From Archangium sp. (GTDB lineage: Bacteria > Myxococcota > Myxococcia > Myxococcales > Myxococcaceae), in contig NZ_DASUNC010000017.1 of assembly GCF_036277355.1 (NCBI RefSeq), forward strand, positions 3,873 to 67,872: a DNA stretch of 64,000 nucleotides. Reading direction: 5' to 3'. The notes beneath the pieces were generated by a model, which did not search any database, was not told where the DNA came from, and was given only the letters and a program-made list of their open reading frames with translations. Shown in pieces: positions 47,067 through 56,324 of this stretch (position 1 is its first letter; each line of letters opens with the position of its first letter). Position numbers and translations under genes: made by a program.

Positions 47067-47807
47067 ATGAACGGCATGGCAGCGCCCGAGAAGCTCCTCC
47101 AGCCCGGTTGCCCCTGGTGGGACATGCGGGTCGCCTGGGGCGAGCCGAACGTGAAGTGGTGCGAGGCCACGGTCTGCGCCTGGGTGAACGAGCCCGCGAA
47201 CGCCTGGTCCAACCTCGCCTACCTGGCGGTGGCGTGCTGGTGTGCGTGGCGGTGGCGGCTCACGGGCAGCCGCGCCATGGGGCGCTTCGCTTGGACGACG
47301 GGGCTCGTGGGGGCGTTCTCCTTCGCCTTCCACGCGACGAACACCTTCGCCACCCAGCTCCTGGACTTCGTGGGGATGTACGTGCTCGCCTTCCTGCTGG
47401 TGGCGCTGAACCTACACCGCCTGGGTTGGCTGCCTCGCGAGCGGGTGGGCACGGTCCACGCCGGGCTGACGGTGGGGTGCACCCTGCTCGTGCCGGTGCT
47501 GAGGCTCGCCGGGTTCCCCTACCAGCTCGTGGTGCTGGGGGCGGTGCTGGTGATCGTGGGAACCGAGATCCGCCTGTCCCGGCGGAAGGACCCGCGAGAG
47601 TCGTACCGGGACTTCTGGCTCGCGGTGGGGCTGATGGCCGCGGCGGCGGCGTGCTCGGTGGCGGACGTGACGCGGGCGTGGTGCGACCCGGACAATCACT
47701 GGGTGCAGGGACATGCGGCCTGGCATGTCCTGAGTGCGCTCGCGCTGCTGTTCACCGCGCGGCACCACGCCGGGCTGGAGCTCAGGCGTCAGCGCCCTCG
47801 TAGCTGA
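47067..47807 (+). CDS. Alkaline ceramidase family (PF05875) 7-TM hydrolase
   Basis: WGEPNVKWCEATVCAWVNEPANAWSNLAY (W..WCE...NxxSN), FSFAFHATNTFATQLLD (His + Q.LD), and C-terminal HWVQGHAAWH (H..WH). Confidence 0.7.
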   Translation: MNGMAAPEKLLQPGCPWWDMRVAWGEPNVKWCEATVCAWVNEPANAWSNLAYLAVACWCAWRWRLTGSRAMGRFAWTTGLVGAFSFAFHATNTFATQLLDFVGMYVLAFLLVALNLHRLGWLPRERVGTVHAGLTVGCTLLVPVLRLAGFPYQLVVLGAVLVIVGTEIRLSRRKDPRESYRDFWLAVGLMAAAAACSVADVTRAWCDPDNHWVQGHAAWHVLSALALLFTARHHAGLELRRQRPRS

Positions 47808-47985
47808 TGCGCAGCCCCTGGTGGGTCACCGTGAGGAGGGGGCGGCCAAACCAGCCGCAGTGCTTGCAGACGCCGTGGGTACCGGCTGCCGAGACGCGCA
47901 CCGGCAGATCCGCGCCGCACGAGGGGCAACCCTCGGGCAGCGTGTAATCGCGCGTCGGCACCTGGACATGGGAGACGTCGGTCAT
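47782..47985 (-). CDS. Small zinc-ribbon protein (67 aa)
   Basis: CPSCGADLPVRVSAAGTHGVCKHCGW has two CxxC pairs. It converges on and overlaps the ceramidase-like 3' end by 26 nt. Weak RBS. Confidence 0.35.
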   Translation of the reverse strand: MTDVSHVQVPTRDYTLPEGCPSCGADLPVRVSAAGTHGVCKHCGWFGRPLLTVTHQGLRISYEGADA

Positions 47986-48398
47986 TGATCAGGAGTAACG
48001 CAGGCACCGGGCCATGCAAGCCGCGCCCCGGTGCCCCCCCGCGTGCCTGAGCCGGCGCGTCGGCCTGACCGTCAGACAGGCAGGCAGACAGCCATTCGAG
48101 CGCCGTGTGGCCTCACTCCTCGGTGGAGCGGGTGAAATGAATTGAATCGACACACATCCAGCGAGCAGCCAGGCGTCGAGACACATACGGCCAGGAGAGT
48201 TGATTTCACTCCCCGGGGACAAGCCTCTTGGAAACTTTCGTCAGGGCAGGACTTTCTCGTATTTCCGCGAAAACTTCTATCAGCATTGCAATCACTCTCA
48301 TCCAATACATGAAGAAGAGGGATTGATGGTGGCCGCCGCGTTGGATCGCGAGTCTGGTTTTATGTCAAAGAATTGGACCCGAAGTCGCGAGGTACCTC

Positions 48399-49835
48399 AT
48401 GTCCTCCAGCGCGCGTTGGTTGTTGCTCCTGGTCCCCGGGATGTTGTTCTTCTACACCCTCAGCGGAGCACCCCGTGAAGCCGAGGCCGCCCCACGCGGT
48501 GGAGGGGTGTGCAAGAAGTGTCCGCCAGACGCGGGCACGGGCGGCTCCGATGCGGGCACTCCGGACGCGGGCACGGGTGGCTCGGACGCGGGCACGGGCT
48601 CGGATGCGGGTACTCCGGACGCGGGCACGGGCGGCTCGGACGGTGGCACGGTTCCGCCCACGGACTGCCTCGGCCAGCCGCTGCTCGATTCACTCGGGAA
48701 GGATCACGTGCTCGTCGGAGGACAGACGGACAGCTCCGTGGCCGGGCTGGCTCCGTTCGACATCCGATACATCTACCTCGCGGGTGGCCTGTTCGACAGC
48801 GCGGAGCCGTGCAACTCGTGCAGCACGAGCTGCTCCTCCGCCGGACAGTCCTGCTCCAACTGGAATCCCAATGGCTGCGGCTGGTGGGGGTGCTGGCAGT
48901 GGGACCAGATTCCTCCGGGGCAGTACCTGCGTGACTACTTCCAGCAGACGATCAATCTGGGACAGGTCCCGATGATCACCTATTACCAGATGCTCCACGC
49001 CAGCCGTGTCTCCGAGGGCTCGCCGGAGGTGGCCGCGGCGCAGACCGTCTCCTTGATGCAACGTTATTACAATGACTGGCGTTTCGTGTTGCAGCAGATT
49101 GGTACTTCCACCGCATTGCTTCACATCGAGCCGGACTTCTGGGCGTACGCGCAGCAGGTGAACACCAATCCTCACATGATTCCGGCGGCGGTCGCCTCGG
49201 CCAATCCCACGGATTGCGCGAACGTGGAGAACACCATCGCCGGCATGGGCCGCTGCATGATCGCCATGGTCCGCAAGTACGCCCCCAACGCCAAGGTGGG
49301 CCTGCATGCCTCGGCGTGGGCCACGAAGATCGACGCCATGATGAACACCAACCCCGCGCTCGACGTGGAGGGCGAGGCCCGCAAGGTGGCGGACTTCCTC
49401 AGGGAGTGCGGTGGCGCCAACGGGGACTTCGTCGTGGTGGAGACGAGCGACCGCGACGCCCAGTACTACCAGGTGCGTCTGGGCCGGAACAGCTGGTGGG
49501 ATACGGCCAACACCACGCTCCCACACTTCCGTCAGGCCTTCCGGTTCGCCAAGGCGCTCTCGGAGCGGATGGGCCGGCCCAACATCTGGTGGCAGATCCC
49601 CGTGGGCAACATGTCCATGCCCGGTTACGACCAGCACTGGAAGGACAACCGTCTGGACTACTTCTTCGATCACCCGCAGGAGGTGGCCGCCGCCCACGGT
49701 ATCGGCATGATCTTCGGCGCGGGCGAGCAGGCCCAGACGAACCCCTCCACCGACAGCGGGCACCTGGTGCTGCGGACGAACAACTACTTCCTCACTGGTG
49801 GGCAGCCCGCCTGCCTCAACGCCAGCATGCCCTGA
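48399..49835 (+). CDS. Secreted protein with Gly/Asp/Ala/Thr-rich repeat linker and Cys-rich segment; possible TIM-barrel glycosidase-like domain
   Basis: Signal peptide MSSSARWLLLLVPGMLFFYTLSG; (DAGTGGS/DAGTP)x4 linker; CNSCSTSCSSAGQSCSNWNPNGCGWWGCWQW; ~330-aa C-terminal domain (HIEPDFWAYAQQ, VVETSDRDAQYY). Confidence 0.7.
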   Translation: MSSSARWLLLLVPGMLFFYTLSGAPREAEAAPRGGGVCKKCPPDAGTGGSDAGTPDAGTGGSDAGTGSDAGTPDAGTGGSDGGTVPPTDCLGQPLLDSLGKDHVLVGGQTDSSVAGLAPFDIRYIYLAGGLFDSAEPCNSCSTSCSSAGQSCSNWNPNGCGWWGCWQWDQIPPGQYLRDYFQQTINLGQVPMITYYQMLHASRVSEGSPEVAAAQTVSLMQRYYNDWRFVLQQIGTSTALLHIEPDFWAYAQQVNTNPHMIPAAVASANPTDCANVENTIAGMGRCMIAMVRKYAPNAKVGLHASAWATKIDAMMNTNPALDVEGEARKVADFLRECGGANGDFVVVETSDRDAQYYQVRLGRNSWWDTANTTLPHFRQAFRFAKALSERMGRPNIWWQIPVGNMSMPGYDQHWKDNRLDYFFDHPQEVAAAHGIGMIFGAGEQAQTNPSTDSGHLVLRTNNYFLTGGQPACLNASMP

Positions 49836-49925
49836 GCGAGGCCGCGGGCCCGGCGGGCGTCAGGGGTGCGCTCCTGACGCTCGCGCTTGACATCGGCTCG
49901 CCGTCCGGGCCTGGGTAGGGGCCGC

Positions 49926-50120
49926 ATGGATGAGACTCCGCCCTCCCCGCTGCCCTTCCCGACGAGCCTCTGTCACCGCTGCGCGGCGCCGCCGAAGTAC
50001 GTGAGGACGAAGACGTCCACGTTCATCCTCTGCCCGCTGTTGCCGCAGAAATACGCGCCCCAGCCGGTGCTCCGGTGTCCCCTCTTCCGGCCGAAGTCCC
50101 CGGAGCCGGAAGCGAAGTAG
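49926..50120 (+). CDS. Small Cys-containing hypothetical protein (64 aa)
   Basis: MDETPPSPLPFPTSLCHRCAAPPKYVRTKTSTFILCPLLPQKYAPQPVLRCPLFRP has four Cys in two pairs. The track ORF starts at 49887. Confidence 0.35.
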   Translation: MDETPPSPLPFPTSLCHRCAAPPKYVRTKTSTFILCPLLPQKYAPQPVLRCPLFRPKSPEPEAK

Positions 50121-50135
50121 GGGCACCCGGCGTGC

Positions 50136-51131
50136 TCAGCCCAGGTGCTGCAGCTCGCGCGAGAGCTGGGTCTCCAGGTCCCGGATGTTGCGGTACACGA
50201 GGCAGCGGTAGGCCGCGACGTCGAACTTGAGTTCCTTGAGATCGCGGACGAGCAGGATGGTGGGCCGTCCCCTGCCCCACGCGTAGCCGACCTCCAGGTA
50301 CACGTTGGGGTTGGCCATGGACAGGTCCGCGATGACGACCTTCGCGGTGTCGATGCGCTCCTTGATCCGCTGGATGATGGCGCCCTCGAACACGGCTTGA
50401 TCCACGCGCTCGCACAGGAGCCCCGCGCCCTTCACGGGGCCCAGGATGCCGTAGTGGTAGACGTCCTCCATCTCGGAGGCGAAGGGCATGGCGACGAAGG
50501 CGTGGGGCTTGGCCAGCGACTGCGCCCCGGCCGTGGCCATGGGCGGCGCCTGGACGTGCTGGCTCGTGCGCTTGACGCGGAAGCCCCAGCCGCTCGTCAG
50601 GGGCTCCACCCCCGGGCTCTTCCCGAGTCCCCGCTCCAGCGCCGTGCGAAGCCGGTCCGCCCGCTTCTGCTGCAGCTCCACCACGGTGATGCGCTCCAGC
50701 CCCTGGGGCCCGGCACCCCGCATGAAGGCCTCGACGAGGCCTCCGACGAGCGCGAGCGCCGCCTCGTCCTCGTCCAGGCCGTAGTTGGGGCCGTGCACCG
50801 TGCAGGCGACGTGGCGGATGTCCGGGCGCGACTCGAGCGCCTTGAGCGCCCGGGCCGCGAACTGGCGAATCTCGTGGTAGCCGAACTTCCCCAGCTTCAC
50901 GGTGCCGAGGAAGAGGGCCAGGGGCGCGCCGATGGCGCCTCGCGTCTCGATGAAGACATGCTCCCCGATGGGCACCGAGAAGCTCGCCATCGGGATGCCC
51001 GCCTGGACGAGCCGCGAGGCCACGGCCTGATCCGCGCCGTAGAAGCTCTGGGCGTGCTTGAGCAGCACCACGTCCGCGCGCGTATCGGTGATGTTTCCGG
51101 CTTCCAGAACGAGATCGAGGGCAGCGCTCAT
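50136..51131 (-). CDS. Two-domain protein: unknown N-domain + C-terminal nucleoside 2-deoxyribosyltransferase-like/TIR-like domain
   Basis: C-terminus HAFVAMPFASEMEDVYHYGILGPV...AKVVIADLSMANPNVYLEVGYAWGRGRPTILL matches the NDT/Rcl-like signature (FxAxPF; D-x-N; E-x-G-Y-A; GKP-x-I). Lies 16-34 nt downstream of rtcA on the same strand. Start is ATG 51131 or GTG 51149. Confidence 0.65.
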   Translation of the reverse strand: MSAALDLVLEAGNITDTRADVVLLKHAQSFYGADQAVASRLVQAGIPMASFSVPIGEHVFIETRGAIGAPLALFLGTVKLGKFGYHEIRQFAARALKALESRPDIRHVACTVHGPNYGLDEDEAALALVGGLVEAFMRGAGPQGLERITVVELQQKRADRLRTALERGLGKSPGVEPLTSGWGFRVKRTSQHVQAPPMATAGAQSLAKPHAFVAMPFASEMEDVYHYGILGPVKGAGLLCERVDQAVFEGAIIQRIKERIDTAKVVIADLSMANPNVYLEVGYAWGRGRPTILLVRDLKELKFDVAAYRCLVYRNIRDLETQLSRELQHLG

Positions 51132-51165
51132 CGGGAGGGACTGTCTCACGGAGGGGGCGGGCCCG

Positions 51166-52239
51166 TCACCGGGGCGCGACCTCGACCGCGCCTCCCGGCT
51201 CCACCGTCACGCGCACGGGCAGGAAGCGCTCGATGAGCCACGCGTGCGTGGTGAGGTGCTCCGTCACCCGCGCCGTCGTGTAGCGCGTCGTCCCCGGAGA
51301 CGAGGGGCCCAACAGGCCCGCCGCCAGCAGCGCCGCGGGCAGGAGGATCTGATCCCCGAGGTGCTCGTCCAGCGCGCCCCCGCTCTCCATGAAGCGCGCC
51401 ACCTCCTCCGCCGCCTCGCGCCCCACGTCCTCCGCGGGAAGTCCCCGCTTCCCCAGGGCCGTGAAGCCGGCGAGGGTGTTCTCGAACTGCGCCAGGATGA
51501 ACGTCACCGTGCCCACCGAGTGCGTCACCGGCAGCGGCCGGTTCTCCGCGTGGCTGTAGATGCCCCGCTCGCGCAGCGCCGCCACCGCCGCCTTGGACTG
51601 ACGCTCCGCGATGCCAAAGGGCAACCCGCCCACGAACGAGCCCACCGCGATGTCCCGCAGCGTCCCGCGGGAGGGCAGCTCCACCCGGTTCGGTGGATCC
51701 CTCACCGGCTCCACCTCGGCGATGAACTCTCCCGCCCCCTGCGGGTAGAAGCCCGCGTGCACCAGGCGCAACGAGGCGTTCAGCCCGTAGGCCTTCGCCA
51801 CCGGCAGCCACACCCCCACCACGTAGTGGTAGCTGGGGCTGTGCGGCAGGTGCGTCCCCCCGCGCAGGGTGAGCGAGCCGCCCCCCGCCAGCGCCAGCGG
51901 GTAGAAGAGGCACTGGAAGAGCAGCGGCGTGCTGCCCGCCGTCCCCACCTCCAGCACGTAGTTGCCCGGGTGCACCGGCCCCGGCTCGAAGCGCAGCTCC
52001 GAGGCGCCCACCGCCGCGCCCTCGCTCTGGCCCCCGCTGATGGCCTCCGCGCCCCGCACGCAGGCGAGGTGCTGCGGCCTCAACCCCGGCGGCTGGCGGT
52101 GGGCCCGCACGTTCTTCATGTGGAAGGGCCTCCCGGTGATGAGCGACAGCGAGAGCGCCGAGCGGAGGATCTGCCCTCCTCCCTCCCCCTCGCTTCCGTC
52201 GAGCTCCACCGGTCCGTCGTGGCGGTCCGTGCCTGCCAT
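51166..52239 (-). CDS. rtcA: RNA 3'-terminal phosphate cyclase
   Basis: [32 protein letters not shown] is colinear with E. coli RtcA ([27 protein letters not shown]). ATG at 52239 with a GGAGGGGAAGGGG SD; the track's 52476 extension is a Gly/Asp/Glu-rich artefact. Confidence 0.85.
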   Translation of the reverse strand: [357 protein letters not shown]

Positions 52240-52305
52240 GCCCCTTCCCCTCCGAGAAAGTCCCGCGCAGCCTAGCAGAAGGCTTTCGGGTACTGTCCGC
52301 CCGCC

Positions 52306-53556
52306 GTGGCCCTCGCCATCTTCCTGTTCACCTACGTCTTCATCGCCGGTATCCGCCTCCCCTTCCCCCGGCTGGATCGCCCCGGAGGCGCGCTCGTGGG
52401 CGCCGTCCTCATGGTGGTGGCCGGTATCGTCGCCCCCTCCGAGGTCTTCAACTACAGCGCCGATCCCTCCCGGCACGCCGTGGACATGGACACGCTCGTG
52501 CTCCTGCTGGGGATGATGTTACTCGCGGACTACCTCTCGCAGGCCTCCTTCTTCCGAGCGGCCGGTGCCTGGGCGCTGCGCAAGGCCCATACGCCCCGGC
52601 TGCTGCTCGTGGCCGTGGCCTGCACCAGCGCCTTCCTGTCCGCCTTCCTCGTCAACGACACCCTCTGTCTCATGCTCACCCCGCTGGTGCTGGTGGTCGT
52701 CGAGGACGCGCGGCTGCCTCCCATCCCGTACCTGCTGGCCGTGTGCATGGCCTCCAACTCGGGCTCGGTGGCCACCTTCACCGGCAACCCCCAGAACATG
52801 CTCATCCAGGGCGCCTCCGGGCTGCCCTATGCGCAGTTCGTGGCCTACATGGCGCTGCCGGCCGTGCTCTCCACCGGCGTGGTCATCGCGGGGCTCCTCT
52901 TCGTCTTCCGCAAGCAGCTCTCCCACGAGCGCTTCGACACGCACCCGCCTCCGCCTCCCGTGGATCGGCCGCTGCTCGGGCTCACGCTCGCCACGCTCGT
53001 GGGCGTGGTCGCCGCCTTCTTCATCGGCCTGCCCATGAGCTGGAGCGCCCTGGCCGGCGCCGCGGTGGTGATGACGCTCTCCCGCCGCGCCCCGCCCCGT
53101 CAGGCCATCGAGCGCGTGGACTACGTCCTGCTGCTCTTCTTCGCCTGCCTCTTCGTGGTCGTCTACGGCGTCAACAAGGCCGGCTGGGCGGATGACATCT
53201 ACCGCGTCTTCTCGCCCTTCATGTCCGGGCCGCCCTGGCGCGAGACGCTCGGCTTCGCCGGGCTGACGCTCGTGGCCTCCAACCTCTTCAGCAACGTGCC
53301 CTTCGTCATGCTGGCGCGCGCCTGGGTGCCCACGCTGCATGATCCCGTGCTGGGCTGGCACGTGCTGGCGCTCGGCTCCACCCTGGCCGGCAACCTCACC
53401 CTGGTGGGCAGCGTGGCCAACCTCATCGTCTTCGAGGCCGCGCGCGGCAAGGCCGAACTCAGCTTCCTCGGCTACCTGCGGGTGGGTTTGCCCATCACGC
53501 TCGTCAGCTTCGTGCTGGGGCTCGCGGTGCTCCTCGCGGAGCACGCGCTCTTCTGA
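52306..53556 (+). CDS. ArsB/NhaD-superfamily anion permease
   Basis: ~12 TM. CMASNSGSVATFTGNPQNMLI and LGSTLAGNLTLVGSVANLIV are repeat motifs typical of the family. GTG start. Confidence 0.75.
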   Translation: MALAIFLFTYVFIAGIRLPFPRLDRPGGALVGAVLMVVAGIVAPSEVFNYSADPSRHAVDMDTLVLLLGMMLLADYLSQASFFRAAGAWALRKAHTPRLLLVAVACTSAFLSAFLVNDTLCLMLTPLVLVVVEDARLPPIPYLLAVCMASNSGSVATFTGNPQNMLIQGASGLPYAQFVAYMALPAVLSTGVVIAGLLFVFRKQLSHERFDTHPPPPPVDRPLLGLTLATLVGVVAAFFIGLPMSWSALAGAAVVMTLSRRAPPRQAIERVDYVLLLFFACLFVVVYGVNKAGWADDIYRVFSPFMSGPPWRETLGFAGLTLVASNLFSNVPFVMLARAWVPTLHDPVLGWHVLALGSTLAGNLTLVGSVANLIVFEAARGKAELSFLGYLRVGLPITLVSFVLGLAVLLAEHALF

Positions 53557-53559
53557 GCA

Positions 53560-54378
53560 CTACGGATCCGGATCCGGCAGCTCGCCCGGCCCCAGCTCGG
53601 GCTCGGCGGGCTTCGGCGGCGCCGGCAGCTCACGGCCCGTGGAGTGGACGCTGTCGCCCTCTTGCGGCGGCGGCGCGCCCGGCTTGCGATCCGGCGGACG
53701 CAGCTCCTCGGCGAACTGCGCGGCGACCACGTCCAGCATCGACGTCAGCTCCTGGCGGAACAGCGACGGATCCTTCCCCACCTTGAAGGGATCCAGGTGC
53801 TCGGCGCCCTCGGCCACGCGGTCCACCTGGAAGGGACGGCGCCAGAGCTCCGTACGCCCGTTGATCTTGAACATGCGCGCATAGCCCCGCATGTACGCCC
53901 CCGCGTGCCCCTTCACGCTGCGCATGCCGTAATCCTGGATGACGAACTCCACCACCGAGTCCGCTCCCAGCCGCGTCAGCAAGTCGTAGTCCGGGGCGTT
54001 CGCTGGCACCTCCTCCACCAGGAAGCTCTCCAGCATCGTCGCCACCCGCGCCGGATCCAACGTGTCCACCCACGGCCGCTCCTCGGGGAGCTGCCGGAAC
54101 GTATTCACCCGCAGGCGCTCGGAGACCTCGAAGCGCGTCACCGCCGCGGTCAGCTTCGCCTGCAGCCGGCGATCCGCCTCCTTCGGCTCCAGCTTCTTGA
54201 GCTTGTCCTTGTAGGCGCTGTCGTCCCGGAACACGAGGCTGTGCGGGCCCGCCTCCAGCTCGATCCGGGAGATGAACGCGGGCCGCGACACGCGATCCAG
54301 ATCCGCGCCCGCGAGCCGCTGCGAAGCACAACCCCCAGTGAGAAGCACCACCCATACGAGGAATGAGATTCGCCCCAT
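53560..54378 (-). CDS. Lipoprotein of unknown function
   Basis: MGRISFLVWVVLLTGGC|AS lipobox; Pro/Glu-rich C-terminal tail. Confidence 0.6.
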   Translation of the reverse strand: MGRISFLVWVVLLTGGCASQRLAGADLDRVSRPAFISRIELEAGPHSLVFRDDSAYKDKLKKLEPKEADRRLQAKLTAAVTRFEVSERLRVNTFRQLPEERPWVDTLDPARVATMLESFLVEEVPANAPDYDLLTRLGADSVVEFVIQDYGMRSVKGHAGAYMRGYARMFKINGRTELWRRPFQVDRVAEGAEHLDPFKVGKDPSLFRQELTSMLDVVAAQFAEELRPPDRKPGAPPPQEGDSVHSTGRELPAPPKPAEPELGPGELPDPDP

Positions 54379-54460
54379 TCCTCACACATACAGCATTTTT
54401 CCGCTTCTACCCAACGCACGGCGTCAAGGGACGGACACTCTCTCCCAGGGGGAGCAGGCT

Positions 54461-56323
54461 TCAGAACAGCACCAGCTCCTCGTGAGGCTCCAACGTCTCC
54501 CCGTGGACGTGGGGATGCCCTCCGAGGAGGGCCTCGTTGCTGCGCTGGCGGGCCTCGGAGAGCTCGGAAACGAGCTCGAGGATCTGCGGGTGGGTGAGGA
54601 TGAGGGTGTCGAAGTCCTCGCGGGGCAGCCGCAGCAGCGAGGTGTTGCGGGCGGCCGTCACGGTGGCGTTGGCGGGCGTCTTCTGCAGCAGGGACATCTC
54701 GCCGAACAGCTCGCCCTCGTGCAGCCGGGCCAGGGACTGCTCGCCCTTGGTGACGGCCACCTCGCCGGAGAGCACCACGTAGAGGCCGTCCACCTGGTGG
54801 CCCTCGTGGATGATGGTGTCGCCCCGGCGCACCTCGCGGGCCCGGAAGCGCTCCACCAGCTCGCGCCGATCCTTGCGGCCGAAGGGCTGGAAGATCGCCG
54901 AGGTGTTCACCACGTCCGACAGCAGCCGCTGCCGGCAGAAGCGCCTCAGCGCCCGGGCCACCTGCGGGTAGCTGCGCGAGAGGCCCGCGAGCACCGGCGC
55001 GGAGATCTCCAGCACCTGCGTCTCCTCGGAGGCGCTCACCACCGAGGCCGAGCGCGGCGCGCCCGACAGCAGCGCCATCTCACCGAAGAAGGCGCCCTCG
55101 CCCAGCTGGGCCAGCTCGCGCTGCTCGCCGCCGGCCTGGCGCACGATGCGCACCCGGCCCGCGCAGATGACGTAGAAGGCATCGCCCTTGGTGCCCTGCT
55201 CGATGATGCGTCCGCCCTCGGGGAAGCGGCGCAGCGGGCAGCGCTCGAACAGCGCGATGAAGGCGTCGCGCGGCAGGTCCGAGAAGAGCGGAATCTTCGG
55301 CAGCGCCTCGTCCTGGGGGGCCGCCTCGGCGATGGGCTCCTCGGCCTCCGGCGTGCCCGGCTCTTCCATCGCGGGGGCGGACGCCACGGGTTCCGCGAGC
55401 TGCCCCGCGCCCGCGAGTGCCGCCAGCTCCACCGCGTGCAGCAGCGAGTCCGCCTGGACGGCCAGCTCCGTGAAGGGCGTGCTGCCCGGCACCGGAGGCT
55501 GGAAGTCCACGCCGTCCTGGGGCGTGAAACGCTCGAGGCGCGGCGAAGCGGGGCCCACCGCCGCCACCCGGAGGGGCTGGGGCGGAGGCTCGGGTGTGGC
55601 GGGCGCGGGGTTCGGCTCCATCTCCGTCACGGCCGGACGGAGGTCGCTCGAACGGCGGCGCAGACCGGGAGGCCCGGACTTCGCCACGGCGGCCTGGGCG
55701 GGCGCGGCCTCCGGGCTCCCCTCCTCCGCGCCGCTGAGATCCAGCTCCACCTCGATGTCCGCCGCGGGCGCGGCGGGAGGCTCGGCCCCCGTCTCCTCGA
55801 TGTCCAGCTCCACCTCGATGCCCGACAGGGACGAGGCGGCCTTGAACCCGGGCGCGGGCGTGGGCGCGGGCTCCCGGGCGGACGCCTCCTCCGAGGCCAG
55901 GGCCTCGTCGACGTCCGGCGGCAGCTCGATGAAGAACGCGGACGGCTTCGCCACCGGAGGCGCTTCCAGGGGCTTGGGCGTCACCGCGCGAGCCGCGCCT
56001 CCCGCTCCACCCCGGCGGGCGTAGAGGTTGGCGAGCATCTGCTGCACGCCCTGGTGCGACGCATCCAGCTCCAGGATGAGCTTGCTGGCGGCGATGGCGC
56101 GCGGGAGGAACCCCTCGCGGGCGAAACCCTCGGCGGCGGCCTGGTAGGCGGAGATGGCGCGGGCGTTCTCGCCCACCTTCACCCAGGCATCTCCCAGCCG
56201 CACGCGCGCCTGGTGGTCCTTCGGGTCCAGCTGACAGTATTCCTCGAAGAGCTCGGCGGCCCGGGCAAAGCGTCCCTTGGTGAGGGCTTCGTTGGCTTTG
56301 TCCCTGAGCTGCCGTGGCTCCAT
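54461..56323 (-). CDS. TPR-repeat protein with two cyclic-nucleotide-binding (cNMP) domains
   Basis: N-terminal TPRs; an acidic Pro/Ala-rich linker; two CAP-family cNMP domains (GEGAFFGEMALLSGAPRSASV and HEGELFGEMSLLQKTPANATV). Confidence 0.8.
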   Translation of the reverse strand: MEPRQLRDKANEALTKGRFARAAELFEEYCQLDPKDHQARVRLGDAWVKVGENARAISAYQAAAEGFAREGFLPRAIAASKLILELDASHQGVQQMLANLYARRGGAGGAARAVTPKPLEAPPVAKPSAFFIELPPDVDEALASEEASAREPAPTPAPGFKAASSLSGIEVELDIEETGAEPPAAPAADIEVELDLSGAEEGSPEAAPAQAAVAKSGPPGLRRRSSDLRPAVTEMEPNPAPATPEPPPQPLRVAAVGPASPRLERFTPQDGVDFQPPVPGSTPFTELAVQADSLLHAVELAALAGAGQLAEPVASAPAMEEPGTPEAEEPIAEAAPQDEALPKIPLFSDLPRDAFIALFERCPLRRFPEGGRIIEQGTKGDAFYVICAGRVRIVRQAGGEQRELAQLGEGAFFGEMALLSGAPRSASVVSASEETQVLEISAPVLAGLSRSYPQVARALRRFCRQRLLSDVVNTSAIFQPFGRKDRRELVERFRAREVRRGDTIIHEGHQVDGLYVVLSGEVAVTKGEQSLARLHEGELFGEMSLLQKTPANATVTAARNTSLLRLPREDFDTLILTHPQILELVSELSEARQRSNEALLGGHPHVHGETLEPHEELVLF

Positions 56324-56324
56324 G

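Noticed and set aside
47986-48398. Moderately AT-rich 400-bp intergenic region scanned for tRNA/ncRNA
   Set aside because: No tRNA cloverleaf features (no GTTCGAATC-like T-arm, no acceptor/3' complementarity) and no obvious terminator. Treated as the promoter region of the secreted-protein gene.
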